DNA from: Fimicolochytrium jonesii | Taxonomy: Eukaryota | Reading direction: 5' to 3' | Assembly: GCF_025526975.1 (NCBI RefSeq) | Contig: NW_026515673.1 | Span: 682,001-746,000, forward strand | Length of the DNA stretch: 64,000 nucleotides | In this document: piece after piece, positions 25,150 through 38,029 of the stretch | Layout of the letters: every line of letters starts with the position of its first letter | Numbering within the stretch: position 1 is the first letter of the stretch | Notes under the pieces: generated by a model | What the model was told of the DNA's origin: nothing | The model's database searches: none | The model's input: only the letters and a program-made list of their open reading frames with translations | Program-made: the position numbers and the translations under genes

Positions 25150-26937
25150 CTATTTCTTCTCCTTCTTGCTCTTCTTCTTCTTGTCGGATTTCGTCGTCTC
25201 CGCCTTTTCCTCCACGGGTGCTTCCTTCTTCGACTTCTTCTTTTTGTCTGTTACGGGCGTCTCAGGCTCGTCCTTCTTCTTCTTGTCCTTCTTCGCCTTC
25301 TTCTTGTCTTTGCTGTCATCCTCCTCGTCTGCCTTACGCTTCTTTGGTGTCTTCTCCGCCGAATCCGATGCTAAAGTCGCAACCAAATCATTCAGACTCG
25401 TCCTTTCCAAGGTTTCGAGACGATTTCAAAATCCATACCTTCTTCATCATCCTCATCTGCGACAACGTCCATCAGATCCGACATGCCGACCTCCGCCAAT
25501 GCCTTCTGCATAACCTCTGCGTTCTTACGAGGAGTGACACCCTCCTCGTAGAAACGAACACGCTCATCAACCTGTTCGCGGAGGAGCTCACCGAACTTGC
25601 TGGTAGGCTTGTCCAAGAAGCAATCGATACGGCAAGCGATGGAGCATTTGTTCGCAAGAACACGAGAGATACGTCCCTTGTTCTTCTGTGCGGCACGGCC
25701 AATGAATGTCGAATGGTAAATGAGACCGTACTTGGGAGTGTTTCCCTTGGTCTTCAAAGCGCGGAAAAGCGCCTTTTCAGCACCGAGAATCTGCACGGTT
25801 GATGCTGGCAGTTTCGCCAAGTTGGTCAAGCTTCCAGCGTGCGCAACGAGACGCGCTCCGACCATCTCGCCAATAAGGGCAGACAAATTGGGGGCGACTT
25901 GGTGCATCTTGCTAACGAGATACCCGTGGAGAGATTTTCGGTAGTCGGTCAAAGCGATGACACGGTCAGCAAAGTTCTGAATGTTGGCCATGTCGATTTC
26001 GGAAATGTCGGTACCCATGGAGGCACGGCCAGCATCGATAATTTGCTTCGCCTTAATTGGGTCACCGGTGATCTCCTCAAGACCTTCCAGCTTGTCTTCA
26101 CCAAGGTCACCCTTGTTCTTAATGAACTTGGCGAGCTTAGCGTACATGGCGTTGTCGCTGCTGATCTTAATGAGTTCGGGGAAGTGCCAGCCGTACCACT
26201 CGCGCACCCGCATAGAAAAGGTGTTGACGTCCTTATCCAACTGGTCCAGCAAATTGATAGACTGAATGATCATGTTGTCTGCCCTGTTCACGTTGAACTT
26301 TACTTTGGCACGGGAGTATGCGTGACCGAGACCGAGCTGCGCGCGGTCGAAATCGCCTTCCTTCAACTGACTCAACAACTTCGATGCGTGAACACGGATC
26401 CCACGAAGCAGTTCACGGACGGTATCGTTGTGGAGACAGTCGTAACCCAATTCCGCCTTGATTCCTCCTCCCAAGTTCGACTCCGACACTCCCAGCTGAA
26501 CCTTCTGCTTTTTGCCAGCCTTTGGCAAGTTCATTTCCAGGAACGCCTTCAGCGATGGGTTAACAACACCTAGCAAGCGGAAAGTCGCATTAGTTCCCGT
26601 TCCCGCTTTTAGTTGAATGCCAGGGTAACAGCCGTACCTTCGGAAACGTCCATAATGTTTTCCAAAGCATGGGCGGCACTTTTAAACGGCGTGAACGACT
26701 TCAGCTTGACCATTTTGCTGAACCGAGACAGGTCCAAGACGCTTTGCTGTACTTCCTCCAAGTCCTGACCAACTTCCTCGGACTCGATGCGCTCAAAGAG
26801 AGCGTACCCGGAGGCCGACTCGAAAAGGAGAAAGAAAGACTTTTCGAGTGAAATAAAGTTAGTTGAGGCTCCTTTACGCTCCGGGCGAAAAGGACAGAAC
26901 TTGTCCGCTAAGACTCGAACTCGCCGAAGCTTACCAT
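25150..26937 (-). CDS. NOP56: Box C/D snoRNP core protein Nop56
   Basis: [77 protein letters not shown] tail. The first exon is ATG only. Confidence 0.96.
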
Positions 26938-27167
26938 GGCGAGTTTATGTTTCGTAAAAGGAAATGGGTGGGTGATCAAGACGAACGGCGTGCGGTGCAC
27001 CAGTCTCCGAACGGCGGCAAGCTGAAGTCAAGTACAGCACCTAGAGGATACTGAACGACTTCGAAAGAAACTTTTGCCGGATGTCGTCGAGAATAGCAGT
27101 GTCCTCAAAGCGGAAAGCGCAATGTTCACCACCAGAGCGAAATGCAAGTCCAAAGTTTTCTGGCACG

Positions 27168-27175
27168 TCACGTGA
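27168..27175. promoter_or_regulatory. E-box TCACGTGA (Cbf1/USF-type) upstream of NOP56
   Basis: GTCACGTG also occurs upstream of PP2A-C (61786-61794) and of the nuclease gene (51890-51897). Function is inferred only. Confidence 0.4.
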
Positions 27176-27274
27176 TATACTGTATTGTCAAAAATGGCAT
27201 GGTCGCGCCGACTAATCCGAGAGCGGGCTGGCGGCTATAATATATAGCCCTTCTCGACGCAACGACAGGACCCT

Positions 27275-27714
27275 CTACAATCCGCCTCTCCCTTTACCCT
27301 CGCCCCTCTCGCTCTCTCTCGGCATGGGTCCCCTGTGCGAATCATCCCTGATCGGGGCCACGCCAGCTCCATCCCCATCATTGGTGCTTCCATATCCCTT
27401 TGAGCTTCCACTCTTTTGATCCCTCTCCGCATTCGTATCCGCCCTCCCATCGCTCTGAGAATGTGAGTTCTTGAAGCGGTGCGTGTGCGTCTGGTACCTC
27501 TTTACATCTTCATCCTCCGATTTGGATGCCTTTGAAGTTGCGAGTTTTTTCTGTGTGGGGATCTTGGCGGGTGCGCTTTTGCATGGGTCGACTTGGTCTT
27601 TGCCGACGTTGTTGCCGTACCCCGCCGTCGCATAGCTGCGGGCGAGGATGGGAAGATCGGTTGGTTGGCGGGAGATAGTCGGGCCAATGTGCGCTTTGTG
27701 ATTTGTGCGAACAT
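27275..27714 (-). pseudogene. Small hydrophilic protein with mitochondrial presequence, one frameshift
   Basis: MFAQITKRTLA in one frame continues as PTISRQPTDLPILARSYAT.. in another. Adding one base near 27682 joins them. Confidence 0.5.
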
Positions 27715-28105
27715 GTTGATTATTGTTCCTATGATAGGTTGATGTATTGATGATGGATTGATTCGAGGAATTGATTGCAATGGCCAACTCGGGGCTGCTG
27801 AAGTTTTTATTTGACCCGTTCTATACAACCTTTCATGGAGTGGAAAAAACTAAGAACTAAAGGAAAGTCTTATTGCGCTACTAAGCGCGTAAAGACCGCC
27901 CCTTGTCAGGTAGGTGTCAGGTAGGCGTCTGTTGGGGAAAGCGTGTTTCGAATCGAAGAACTGAAGAAGCCAATGAATGGCAAATGGTAATGAACACGGC
28001 AGTTCGCAGACTCGAGTGCGCACCGCCAGAGAGTCTCGACGGCCCTCTCAACCTAGTTCACTGTAACCTACGTGGCACTCAGTGTGGCACTCGTTTGCTG
28101 TCACA

Positions 28106-29768
28106 ATGTTGGGCTGCACACGAAAGAAGTGCTTCAATTGTCTTGGTGGTTTGCCTGTAATTTTCGTCATCCTTCTGATAGGTAATGTCAGCAACGAACT
28201 AGGCTCAAATCATGTACGCCTCGAGCGCTGATTATCATTGCTATGCACTTCATGGCGCTGGTCGTAGGATGGAGCTACTATGCATATGTGGGAATTTTCA
28301 CCAGTGAGTAAAAGAATTGAAGTCATTGCCTGCATGTCTGTGGTGGTTAACTGGCCATTGTCTTCCCAGCTCAAGTGATATATCCCTCGGGTGTCCTTCA
28401 AGCAGGTGACTCATGGATATCGCAGGGAAGGAATATCAATACATGGCTCACCTTTCGCTTTCCAGTTTCCTATCTCGTCATATATCATGCGCTGCTCGGG
28501 ATGTTTGGTTGGTCATACTATGCGGTCGTCAGAACATCCCCAGGACACCCAAGGCAGTTGGAGAGCTTAGACCGAGACGCCTACTGCTGTCAGGGACCAG
28601 CTGCAGCAAGAGGTCCGATGTCTCGATACGATACTCCAGAGACATTACCATTGACTTCATCCGACGACGATACAACTCTCAAAGAGACGGAGGACCCGTA
28701 CGTCCGTAGTCATCAAAAAACAAATAGTGCTGTCGGGGAGGAAAGGATGCACGAGCCATTGTTTGTGGACTCGGTTACGTGGGACGCCCATGCCCCTCGC
28801 CTGTATCCGCCGACGCAAATGCTGGAAACTAAGCAGGACGGCGCACCGCGATTTTGCACGAAGTGCAACAATTGGAAACCCGATAGAAGCCACCATTGCT
28901 CGATATGTGAAAGGTTCGTATAATTGCCACATGCTCTGGTCGCTTGTCCATCATGAAGACCTCACCTCAATGTGCCCTCAGATGTGTGCTCAAACTTGAT
29001 CATCATTGTCCGTGGATAAATAACTGCGTGGTAAGTGCGTCTGATGTCACGTAACGTGATATATGGCACTGCTTATACTGAACGATACCCTCTCGCAGGG
29101 CTTTGCAAACTACAAGTACTTCTGTAAGTCCCTCGGAATTTGATCTCTGGCAAGTGGGGGTATTCTGTCATATCCTACGATGGGGCTGACCCTTACTGCC
29201 ATTCTAGACTTGTTCATCCTGTACACCTTTTTGTACTGTATCTTCATATTCACAACAATGGCAGTATCTCTGGTGAATAGAGAAGATCTCATCCAGGTAA
29301 GCGCCATGTCCTCCATGATCATAATGTTCTCAAATGGTCAACCTTTGCACGCAGGGTCTAGTAGGGATAGGATTTCAGAATACCTTCCTTCTCATTGTCT
29401 CTGGCGTATTCGCACTCTGCTTGCTAGCCTTCGTTGGCGTACATACGGGCCTCCTAGTCGACAATAGGTCGACTATAGAAAGCCTCGAAGGAGCGAGGAG
29501 AGTCAGACTGGAGGATGGCACCACGCGGTTAGCGAAAGAGAAACACCTATTCGATATGGGGTATAAGAAGAATTTCATCGAGGTGTTCGGACCGCGGTGG
29601 GAGCTTTGGCTTGTACCCGTTTACACTAGGTATGTTGGGTCCCATTACGTGCACCCTGCTTATGGAGTGCTGAGGCAGACTTCCCTCATATCACCATGCA
29701 GTATTGGCGACGGACATAGCTTCCCGTACAACAAGGAAGTCTACCGACGACTTCTAGCAGACGTATGA
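28106..29768 (+). CDS. DHHC palmitoyltransferase (Pfa3/ZDHHC2-15-20-like), multi-exon
   Basis: RFCTKCNNWKPDRSHHCSICER|CVLKLDHHCPWINNCV|G..NYKYF, NRSTIE, FDMGYKKNFIEVFG, GDGHSFP. Confidence 0.93.
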
Positions 29769-30705
29769 GCTTCTAGACTCTATCGTCCGTTCTTGTAGCT
29801 ATTAGACCATCATTCTTGGAGCCATGTACATAGAGCCATCTCAGTGTTACGCATACCACGGCGTTCGATTGTTTATTTTGCGTCATTAAGGAGTGGTTCA
29901 TTTCTGCGTATGTATTGTACCCCGGCGGCGCGGTGTCGAAATTGGTTGCGTCAGCCATTTTGTTTTCGACAGTCGTTGAGAGTGCTAGCGATAACTGAAC
30001 CTGCGCGAGCTTAGAAATGTGCATGTGGCGGAGTTCTTGAAGATCGCCTTCGCCGATCCCCCCAGTTGTACCTGACATTGTCGATCAGCGATGAATCTTG
30101 GGCGACATCAGGGATCGTTGATGAAGTCGGGCGGCCGAACTCGGCCGCCTTGGTCATGTTTCCCTCCGCATAGACAGATGCCCTTCAAAGGCGCTCCAAA
30201 TACCCTCAAGGACCGATAGTTCCCCACTGGAGCCGTACGGGATCCGTATACCAAGAGGAACCTGGTCAGGGTCTGCTGCGCACGCGAACCTTACGTGTTC
30301 GCGACCGACTTTGTGCACCGGGTGCCAGAAAGAGGTATGTCACTGAAAAATTGTCGGATTTATTATTCTTCGGAATCGGATCCTATACCAGCAGTAGGTT
30401 AATAATAGACCAATGCCTGTACGATTTTTTCGGCGTATTCCGAATATGATTTCCATTTTTCATTTCTCTGGACCCTGATGAAGCCTCGTCCCTTCTCCGC
30501 CGTCAGCAATGCGCGTTACACATAAGTACGACCCACCGCTGCCAAGGTCGCTCCAGACCTTCCATCGGCGGCAATTGCCTATTGCATAGATTCACTTCTG
30601 GGACATCCATATAGCTCTACACATCCTACCCCTTGCAAAATCGCCCTGGTCGAGCCTATCGGTCGCATCCATCTAGGTCTTTTTGCTGCAGTCATCCCCG
30701 CAAAC

Positions 30706-32317
30706 ATGCAAAAACCGTCGTCTCCGATGGATATCCTACACGCCGAAGTATGCGCCGGTGACCCAGCAGCCGCGTTCTATGGTGCGGAGTTCGCGGTATA
30801 TCAGCACGCCAACACGGTGCAGCGCCCGCATGGCGGCGGCCTCGTCTCTCAAGGATCCGGAGGCAGCAAGTTTCCGAAGAAGCGGGAACAAGTGAAGAAC
30901 GCATGCGGTAAGTATTGACACCTCGCCTGAAGCTGTCGGGCTGTCAATCCGGCAGCCACGTACTCCCACGAACTCTGTCTATTGCGAAACAATCTGATAT
31001 CTAGACGCTTTCACAGTCAACTGCCAAAAGGCCTGCAAGAAATGTGACGATATTCGTCCGTGTCCACGATGTGTCAAATACAACATGTCCAGTCGCTGCT
31101 ACGATTCTGCCCGCAAACAACGCAAGAAAGGATTTCGCCGAGGAAGCAACGACGGGATCAATAGTAGCGGAACTTCATCTCCGTACTCACTGATGGCCAT
31201 GGCTGCTGAATTGCCGCCCTCGCTGTCGTATCAGAACCGCGGTATGCCACAGGGGTTGGGGCCGTTTACAGCTTACGGGCCGGGACCACATTACGACGGG
31301 ATAGAACACCACCGGAGGCAGTCTGAATGGGATAAGCTAAACGTACTCGCCAATGTCTGCACGGCCGTTCTCGACCAAGATCACAGTTCCCCCGACTCTC
31401 CGATAATCCCATATGAACCGTCATCCCACGGGTCGTTGTCTTCCGATGATGACCACATGTATCGTATTGGAAACCGGTCGAGGCCAATGCGGTTTGACAA
31501 GGCACCTTGGGGTGCCGAGCCTGCATCACGTCGTAACTCTGCCGACTCCAACGCGTATTCCGTTTCTCAACGTCGAGGATCAGGCCTCGCGTCGTCTTTC
31601 AGCTCCGGATCACCTAACGGGATTAATGAAGATAGTGACTCACCGCTCACCAGATGGGAGAGTCCAGCACAAAACGCGAGTCCCGTAAGAGCGGGATCAA
31701 GCACGTACATGGTAAGTTCGTGTGGCTTTGCTTCTGCTCGAGACTAAAAGAATGCATTGCATAAGCAGGCCCTAGACCTGAATCTGATGGCAACCTCTCA
31801 TATGCAGGAGCTTGGTATACCGCATCGTACGCTGGAGAATGATCGTATAAGTTACTCGCCGTCGGACGATCATTATCGGCGACCACCATCCGACTTCCAG
31901 CATCGCATGCCTCCCTACGAGCTTGAACGACGAATGAAGCCTCAGGAGCACCCCGCTGCGACGATGATGCCGCGGGTGAGCTCGTCACCGGAATACACAT
32001 ACACGTCGCATCCATCAAACCGGCTACAGGCTCCACATCATCAGCATGCAGCGCACCGCGTCGGACCCCGCATCCCACGACAACCATCTTTTCCATACCC
32101 GCAACACCTAAACCGCTCCATCTACGCATCATCACCCGCCGCATGGCCGCGCGCACCTCGCAATCCGGGCCCTTACGGAGGTGCCGGTCTGCTGCAATAC
32201 AACGATCATGCAACAGCCCCGGCGCCCCCAGCGCATGCGCCCTTGCCTTCCATCAGGGAAGCCTTGAACTCCGTGGGACTCGGGCTGGAGGGACCGAGGC
32301 GCGGCATATGGGATTAG
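30706..32317 (+). CDS. Zn2Cys6 transcription factor (Ert1/Gsm1/Rds2-type finger)
   Basis: KREQVKNAC|VNCQKACKKCDDIRPCPRCVKYNMSSRCYDSARKQRKKG. Confidence 0.88.
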
Positions 32318-32826
32318 ATATCCGGAGGCCTGCTTAATCTCGGCGACTACGCTATGATGGGCATTGATTGCTTTGTTTTTCCCGGTCTCATCCGACCTCG
32401 ACGCATTCATGGGGAGCTGTGATGTCCGACGCGCTGCGTCGGCATTCATCAATGAGATGGATCAAATCCGACATACCTCGACGCGACGCATTTTGATGAA
32501 TTCATTCATATAGTCTTTCTTGCTTATTTTGAGCCCTGCCTCGCTTTGGGCTCAATACCATGCATTGCTCTCAAAATAATGCCAGATGGGCTTCACGGGC
32601 AAAGCAGATATCCTGAGTCTTGTTGACAGCAAGCACTGGTCGGCTGGAGATTAGTCCGCTGTCCGTGCTCATTTAAGCGAGTAATCCGTGCCGTGGCTGC
32701 GGTAGCTATTACCAACCATACCGGGGTATTTGAGTGTGATACCCATTTGTGCAATGCGCTTGGTACCAAAAAAAAAAAAGTACACATGGACGCAGGGATC
32801 CCAGACGTACAAGCAAAATAGAAAAA

Positions 32827-32911
32827 TGCGGGATGAGGGGATCGAACCCTCGACCTCAAGATAACTCATAGAGTATGAGACTTGCGCTACTGCCAACTGA
32901 GCCAACCCCGC
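32827..32911 (-). tRNA. tRNA-Met(CAT), elongator type, with 11-nt intron
   Basis: GCGGGGT/ATCCCGC acceptor stem, A box TGGCTCAGTTGG, anticodon CTCATA followed by intron CTCTATGAGTT, B box GGTTCGATCCC, T-run terminator downstream. G1:C72 and TTCG argue against an initiator. Confidence 0.93.
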
Positions 32912-33183
32912 TTTGGTGTGTCGTTCGAGGGTGCACAAATATATTTTCCTTTTGAACCTTTTGAAAGGTTCTGGACGGAGGACCCCTTCTTTCATTATAG
33001 CTGCAGGAAGGGACAACGAATGGTGGCGGTGCAGCTCAAGGGTGCGGGCGCCGGGCAGGGTTGCGCTCGTGGCAATAAGCATGTTATGACGTAACACGTT
33101 GAAGTGGAAAGGACGCCGCGCGCTCGTCCCAACTCGCAATTACGCATCATGGATCATGACACATCCACCAAGTGACTCCGTGA

Positions 33184-33838
33184 TAGGGGCGGCAGATGGT
33201 CAGGTTAACCGTGGTCAAGCCATGGCGCGGTCTGACTAGGCTAAGGCTTGGCTAGCAATGTAGCAAGCGGGATTGACTAGAAGTGGGTAACTCGTGCTAA
33301 ATGTGAGTAACTCGGGTTAGGGTTAGACTAGTTAGACAGCTGCCGAGCGGAGCGAGTAGACCCTGATTGTAGGAGGCCGGGTAAGGCCGACTCACCGAAG
33401 GCAAAGGGGTTAGGTTTGTTAATCAAGTGGTTCACTTTGGCTGTAAAAAAGTCTTATTCTGGAGGTGAGCTACCCACATTTAGCACGAGTTACCCATTTC
33501 TAGTCACGCCCGTAGCAAGCCATCCGTTGACTTGGCCGGAAATGGGCTAGTCATGGCGTGATCACCGGTTAATCGGTCAACCAAAATTCCTGTGACGACT
33601 GTGATGATTTGGCAGGGGTAGGGTTAGGGTTAGGGGATTAGGACATTCTTGTCTAGTCCTTTATTAGAAATCTGTCAAAATATACTGTCAAATTTGTATG
33701 TAAGCTTAACCATGGTTAACCAATGGTTAGCCGTGGCTGGCCACGACTTGGTTTGATCACCATCCCCTTGACCACCGGGTGGTCTGGCTACGGTGTAGTC
33801 AAGCCAAGTCAAACCAAGTCAAGCCATTGCCGTCCGTG
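33184..33838. mobile_element. Possible older non-autonomous DNA element hosting the MITE
   Basis: ORF-free and dense in short palindromes and repeats (GGTTAACC, CCATGG, CCAAGTCAA). Weak terminal inverted similarity (TAGGGGCGGCA / CACGGACGGCA). No TSD found. Confidence 0.4.
33269..33511. mobile_element. 243-bp MITE, Mutator/MULE-like
   Basis: Imperfect TIRs of about 45 bp (GGGATTGACTAGAAGTGGGTAACTCGTGCTAAATGTGAGTAACTC vs GGGCGTGACTAGAAATGGGTAACTCGTGCTAAATGTGGGTAGCTC). Perfect 9-bp flanking duplication GTAGCAAGC at 33260-33268 and 33512-33520. Confidence 0.88.
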
Positions 33839-34381
33839 ACCAGCGCGTCCTGCACGAAGCCACGTATAGGTCGCCCCAGAAATTAAGTCAGTTTCCTCGC
33901 GGCTGATCATTGCACCCATCATCCTTATTCAAGGTACTGTATTAGGACCCCTCATCTAAACTAGATCTGTCACTGTCCTAGCCAACAACCGCTGGGCCGA
34001 CTGCCCACGGCCAGGTGCGACCTGCTTGATGGAAACAGACTGTACCCGTTTTTCTCATTGTTATGTGTTCAACGCCAACTTCGAACATTTCCGAATGCTT
34101 CCCGGGTCTATTATTCAAATACAGAACGATGCTACGAGCCCCTCTTCAGATGTACACGAGCCATCATATGTGTAAGAGACAACGGCGAGACCGCCGTCCG
34201 TCGCATCGGGAGGCAGGCCTAAGAGGGATGTATGTAACCCCCAACGCTACTGTCGGCGCCCCAAATGTTCGTGGCTACGTCTCGACGATTGATCGGAAAT
34301 GGAATAAGGTGCCAAAAAAAGGAAGAGGGTTCAGGTTGTTCCGCCGCAGATGGATAGATCCATCAGCTGCTTTCGAGTTTC

Positions 34382-36561
34382 TCACTCGGAATCGCTTTCG
34401 GCCTTTTTGGCAGCGTTCCTCTTGGTTGCGTTGCCCTTCTTCTCCACGACTTGCTCAACGACGACTTCCTTCTCGACGATGACGGCCTTCTTGACGGGGG
34501 CGGCCTTGGCTGCGCCCTTCACAGGTGCCTTCTTGGCCGGGGCCGGAGCACCGAACACGAGGCTCATGATGAAGAGAGGGACAACGAGGGATCCAACAAT
34601 GGCGGCGGCGACCCATGGGAGTTCCTTGACGGCGTCCAGAGGGGAAACGCGGGCGCGGTCGAAGAATCGGTGGAGGTATTCAAGGTCGGCGTACTTGTCA
34701 ACGTAAGCGCGGGCCTTCTCAATCAAGGGGAGGGTGGAGTCGATGACCTACGAATATCGTGAAATGTTAGAGCGGGAAGCCGACGCGTTTCGAACCCAGT
34801 ATAATGTCACATACCTTGTCCACTGGCTTCTCCTTTGCGAGCTTTTCCGCGGCCTTCTTAACCTCGTCTTCCTTGGCTTGCTCGATCTTGTGCTTCACGG
34901 CGAACGATTCCTGGGCCAACTTGTTGGCGTCCTTCTCACTGTGACCGACGTAGATGTTGTCGAACAGAATACCATTTTGCATAGTCCAGATTTCGAAACC
35001 AATGGCTCCCTAGGGATATGAGGGTTTCTGTCAGAATCCTGTAAACTCCCATGTGAATCTTCAGGAACGCATGTGAACTCACAATCTTGTTGAAGTTCGA
35101 TGGCGTCTTATCCTCGAAGTAGTTGGGGTTGGCAATCTTCTTTGGGGCCCACACTCCCTTGTAGAGAGGGTTGTCGATCAAAGGTGCCGTCCACTTGCCC
35201 TTGTAGGCGGGATTCCTCTTCATTGGCCTCTTCCATTCACCGCAACCGGATGCCTTCTCACACTTGGGGTTGGGAATGCTAGGTGCCACCCACTCGCCGT
35301 CCTCCTCGTCATCCCAGTCTTCGGGCTTCTCGGTTTCAGGGTCAGGAATGACGGTAGATTCGTTGTCAAGCCAGTCCGCGGGCTTCTTGGCATCCTCGTC
35401 AACGACCTCGAGAGGAGCTTCCTCATCCCAATCCTCGGGCTTTGTGGCCTCAGGGTCAACGATCTTCTCCTCATCAACCCAGTCCGCGGGCTTGGTGTCC
35501 GATGGGTCGTCAATTTCCTTGGGAGGGTTGACGGCGGGCGTGAAGTCCTCCAACAGAGAACCCTTCTTCACCTCCTCGTTGTCGATGAGAATCCTGAAGG
35601 TTTGGTCGGGATTGACGATCAAGGTGTACAAGTGCGTGTTCTTGTCGGTCTTGGCAGCTGGTGGGGCGTTCAAGTGTTTCTCCTCGATTTCGCCGGTTTT
35701 GGGGTTCTAATGGATAGAAGCGATGAGATGACATGTCCGCATGGCTTTCTTCAAATATGTGAACGCATGTCTTACCGTGTGACGGAAGATGAAGTGGACC
35801 TTGTTGGTCAGACCACACTTGTCAGGTCCGAACACTGAAGGGCGCGACCTGGGTAAGACATTGTTCGCAAATGTACTTGTCACCGTTCAAGGACACTTAC
35901 TGATGGTGTATGGGGTCTTGTCGGCAAACTTCTCCTGGTCGAAGGAGCTGTCTGCTGTCAAAAGCTTCATGTAGGCACCTCCGCACTCCAAACCGTTTTG
36001 GAGCTTGACTTCATATTGCGCGACAAAGGATTTGCCGGTGGGGTCAATTGGGGTGGGGAACTTTGCCGTGATAGCCTACGCGAGAAGAAGATATGAGCAT
36101 GCTTTTCTGCGAGTCGTACTGGGAAGGGTTGTTGTGGAGACATACATGGTGGGATGCCGCATCCTTAACGACCAAACCCTCATCTCCAGCGATGGCGATA
36201 ACATCGGGCTGTTCAACGGCCCAACGTCCCTTGTAGTGCAGCAAGTCCTCATCCTCGACACCGTCGACAACCTTCTTGGTGTGGGAAGGAATCCAGCGCT
36301 TGTCCCACCCGGTAGTGAATTGCTCAACAAATGGGGCGGTCACCGTCGTGGGCTGTATGCATGAAGCAAAAGAAGGGTGGTAAGTATGAGACTTCGCAGC
36401 CAAACACGCTGGCAGCAAGTGATGATCTGCCGTGATCCTCTCGAGAAAAAACTTACGTGGAACGCGACGGTCTTGTCGTCCTTGTTGCCGGCGACGACAT
36501 CGTCAGCAACGGCGGCAGAGATCAGCGCCAAGTAGGCGGGGAGAATGTATCGCAACTGCAT
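34382..36561 (-). CDS. CNE1: Calnexin (ER lectin chaperone), multi-exon
   Basis: Signal peptide, [19 protein letters not shown]-domain repeats DP...KPEDWDE and GEW, C-terminal TM helix plus basic tail. Confidence 0.95.
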
Positions 36562-36981
36562 GGTAGTGAGGTGGTTGTGAGACTGGGGTCTGAGTGACGA
36601 CTGGAGGGGTGCAGAAGTCTGGCTGCGAGCGAAGCGAGAGGTGCCCGGCTGGACGCTCTTTTATGTGCGTTTGGAAAGGCGTTGGCGGTCGGCGAATCGT
36701 GTAGGATTAAAGAAACACCGTGCGCTAATCATTTTGTTTTGCGGCTTGAGAGGGCAGTTTGTTGGAGGGGCCTTTCCACGAAGTTCGACTATGTGAATGT
36801 ATGGCACGCACTGATTGGCTGCGGACCTAAATTGCGTCCATACCAGGTTCCCGGATTGGGTTTCGATTTTGAATGTATGTATGTAAATGCTGCACGACAT
36901 TTCGAAGAAAATACCACAGTCTTTCCTAGCCCACCGAACCCAACCTAGTAGGGAAATACTTTGCGGATACCTTCATTCACC

Positions 36982-37972
36982 ATGACTGTGTCCTTCACCG
37001 GTGCCAATAACGTCCTTCGGTTCGCCCCCGTCGTCGAAGCGAAGACGCTGTTCGCACGCCTATTGGCGGCCCCTCCCTCCTCATTGATCGCTCTCTATGC
37101 TGCAACCCTCTTGCCAGACGCTGACAACGGTGAAAGCACCGTGAGAGAGCATTTCTCTGACAATATCGTGATCAACTTTGTACAGCCCATGGATTGGGAG
37201 AGGGAGACGAGTGCAGGTATGCTGAAGGAGGACGACGAGACCATCCACGGCTGGCATGTTAGGGGAACAAATGTTGTTAATGTCAACGAAGAGGTACGAG
37301 GTGTTCTTGTCGTTATTCTTGCGACGTACCCACAACTTCATCCATTCAACTGATGTGCACCTTGCTTCCAGTACATTCATATCAAACAGGATATAGCATA
37401 CCAGCGCCGCTTGACGATTTTCCTGTTTGTCACGATGCTACACGAGCTCGCTCACTATATAGTTGGAAAAGCAGGAGTGGACTTACCATTGTTTGAGGGT
37501 CCCGGGAGGGCATACGCAGAAGCCGGGCACTGCATGGAAATTGCTCTTTTCGGAGGACAATTGGGAACAGAATCCTTCGATCCGTTCGTCGGCCGTTGTC
37601 ACATTGATGGCCTATACTTGCAAGCCCCGAACGGTAACCGACACCATATCACGTCAGCGTGGTACAACACTTTTATGCAATGCAGTATGTTCAGCTTTGA
37701 TCCTTTTAGCGGTCAGTGCAACCGGCCTGAACGGGGTTGTTGAAACCTCCATTTTTTCGTGGCCCACAGACTTTCCGATCGCTCTCCCAGTAAACATTCG
37801 GATTGATGCCGCGCCAAGTTCCTTCCGTTCTCGTTGCCTTCCAAAAGAAGAGTTGGAAGATTCATCCCGGGAGTCAAAACCAACGCTTGGATCATTATTG
37901 GTCGCACTCCCAATTCCTTCAGACCGCCTGCACGCGGAGGATAGGAAGGGTCGCCCCAATCTTTTGAGATAG
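36982..37972 (+). CDS. Unknown HExxH zincin-like protein (3 exons)
   Basis: VTMLHELAHY followed by EAGHCMEIALFGG. Introns at about 37294-37371 and 37685-37769 keep the frame. Confidence 0.6.
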
Positions 37973-38029
37973 TTCAATCGTTCTTCTTCGCATCGTCTGT
38001 GTCAGGCCGCATTGTTAAGTGAAAGGGAC

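Noticed and set aside
25218..26573. Long plus-strand ORFs opposite NOP56 (and similar antisense ORFs over other genes)
   Set aside because: Shadow frames caused by the codon bias of the real gene.
26840..26934. snoRNA in the first NOP56 intron
   Set aside because: No C (RTGATGA) or D (CTGA) box pair. The ATG-only first exon is common in fungi.
33300..33640. Telomerase RNA gene (CUAACCCUAACCC template on the minus strand) or a chromosome end
   Set aside because: The motifs sit within TIR/TSD-bounded repeat DNA and are only about two units long. I could not identify a pseudoknot or other TER domain.
36795..36820. ERSE element upstream of calnexin
   Set aside because: CCAAT-N9 is followed by CCATA rather than CCACG, so only a CCAAT box is supported.
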